The position numbers and the translations under genes were made by a program. The notes beneath the pieces were generated by a model that saw only the letters and a program-made list of their open reading frames with translations, did no database searches and had not been told where the DNA came from. Shown here piece by piece: positions 22,848 to 23,790 of a stretch of 23,790 bases of DNA. How positions within the stretch are numbered: position 1 is the stretch's first letter; each line of letters opens with the position of its first letter. This DNA is from Candidatus Iainarchaeum sp. (GTDB lineage Archaea; Iainarchaeota; Iainarchaeia; Iainarchaeales; GCA-2688035). The stretch spans positions 1 through 23,790 of the forward strand of contig JAQTNI010000018.1 of NCBI GenBank assembly GCA_028713935.1, read 5' to 3'.

Positions 22848-23723
22848 TCATGCGTTTCCCCTCATTTTCTCAACAAACGCTTGAGCTGGAGTTCTCAAGT
22901 GTCCATTAGTCAAGCTCATGTGATGGATGTCGTTGTTGTAAGCTGATACTGCTTTTTGAACTGAACCGTAGTGTTTTTTGAGTTTTTTTAGTGTGCCGAA
23001 CCAGCGTTCCATTTTGCCGTTTGTTTGTGGGTGTTTTACTCTTGCTTTGATGTGTTGGATGCCATATTTTTTGAGTGTTTGTTGAAACAAGTTGTCTTGT
23101 GGTTCTGGACAGGCTTCTTTTCCTATTGAAGTGAACTGCACTCCATGGTCTGAAACCAGTTGCCTGGGAGCGCCATATGAATAGATTGCTTTTGTTAGAA
23201 TGTCTGCTGCGTTCTCTGCAGTTGCATTATCATACTCGTTGCAAGCGGGAACAAAGCGGGAAGCATCATCAAGAACACCAACAACTTGTTTCTCATCTAT
23301 CTCGCAATAATCAATATGCCACAGACTGTTGCTGTGTTTTCTCTCATAGCGAATCCATTTGCGCTTATTGCTCTTTGTGGGTTGTTCTTGAGCCAGCTTC
23401 TTTTCTCGCAGAACACAGTGAATAGTATTGTGTGGAATGTGCACTCCCTGATAGTCCAAAAACTGTTCCATTTTCACAGCCCCAATAGGCGTTTTCTTGA
23501 ATGTTTGTTCAATCAACTGTTGCGTTTCAAACGGTATTGGCACAGGTTTCTTGCCAGGCCTTTTGGGAAAAGGAAACTGGTCTGTTTCCAGATAGCGCTC
23601 AAACAGTTTTCTCACCCAACGAGCTGTTACTCCCTGTTGTTTGGCAATCTGCCAAACACTCAGTTCGCCCAACCGCATTTGTTTTATAATCCACCGAACC
23701 TTGTTTTTGTTCAGCTTCCTCAT
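22848..23723 (-). CDS. DDE transposase / integrase core (rve) with N-terminal HTH
   Basis: HTH: LSVWQIAKQQGVTARWVRKLFERY. Catalytic triad context: WHIDYC (D), SDHGVQFTS (D), HPQTNGKMERWFGTLK (E). ATG preceded by a GGAGGT Shine-Dalgarno site. Confidence 0.9.
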   Translation of the reverse strand: MRKLNKNKVRWIIKQMRLGELSVWQIAKQQGVTARWVRKLFERYLETDQFPFPKRPGKKPVPIPFETQQLIEQTFKKTPIGAVKMEQFLDYQGVHIPHNTIHCVLREKKLAQEQPTKSNKRKWIRYERKHSNSLWHIDYCEIDEKQVVGVLDDASRFVPACNEYDNATAENAADILTKAIYSYGAPRQLVSDHGVQFTSIGKEACPEPQDNLFQQTLKKYGIQHIKARVKHPQTNGKMERWFGTLKKLKKHYGSVQKAVSAYNNDIHHMSLTNGHLRTPAQAFVEKMRGNA

Positions 23724-23761
23724 AAAGACCTCCCAGTCTAATGAGGAAGCTACTTCACTTT

Positions 23762-23790
23762 TAGAGAGGAACTTAAATCGGGATAAGACA
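23762..23790. repeat. Right terminal inverted repeat of the IS (truncated by the window end)
   Basis: See the mobile_element entry. Confidence 0.7.

Larger units (their letters stand above)
22776..23790 (-). mobile_element. IS481-family-like insertion sequence (single DDE/rve transposase ORF flanked by imperfect terminal inverted repeats)
   Basis: 29-nt inverted repeats match at 24 of 29 positions: tgtgttgtcctgaattaacttcctctcta (22776-22804) against the reverse complement of 23762-23790 (tgtcttatcccgatttaagttcctctcta). They enclose one transposase gene, giving an element of about 1.0 kb. The right repeat touches the window edge, so the true end may lie beyond it. Confidence 0.75.

Noticed and set aside
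1-23790. CRISPR arrays, rRNA or tRNA genes, and diversity-generating retroelement (TR/VR) repeats near the giant surface genes
   Set aside because: I saw no regularly spaced direct repeats, no reverse transcriptase ORF and no long near-identical repeat pair. The only repeats found are short regulatory-scale duplicates and the IS inverted repeats. A computational repeat search could still find diverged TR/VR pairs that I missed by eye.

Overview
This is an AT-rich archaeal chromosomal window, about 35-45% GC in most of the lines I counted. Gene content and signals point to a small-genome, DPANN-like archaeon. They include aCPSF1/FttA, proteasome beta, NAC, a Fap7-like kinase, Lrp/AsnC, class III pilin-type signal peptides, GGTGA-type Shine-Dalgarno sites and TATA boxes about 26 nt upstream of some start codons. 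That taxonomic call is inference only.

Housekeeping genes (AMMECR1, Fap7-like kinase, aCPSF1, psmB, long FKBP PPIase, NAC, cupin, Lrp/AsnC) are interleaved with accessory content:
- Two head-to-head giant envelope genes. One encodes 1449 aa with a pilin-type class III signal fused to Cys-rich modules, a glycan-sequon-rich stalk, a parallel beta-helix and an unassigned C-terminal domain. The other encodes 1388 aa with a lipobox signal, long helical regions, a beta-rich core and a C-terminal TM anchor. They flank a decayed DUF4258/DUF2283 pair.
- Two smaller C-terminally anchored surface proteins, one with a triplicated Cys/TN[AS]H module.
- An orphan radical SAM/SPASM maturase divergent from the Lrp/AsnC regulator, next to a 575-bp gene-poor region that holds a 43-codon ORF.
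- An intact RelE-type toxin-antitoxin operon with a perfect palindromic operator candidate.
- An IS481-like insertion sequence whose inverted repeat reaches the right window edge.

I found no rRNA, tRNA or CRISPR array. All family assignments come from reading motifs in the translations by eye; no database search was possible. Several ORF-track starts are GTG/TTG codons, and I trimmed them to the first plausible ATG where stated.
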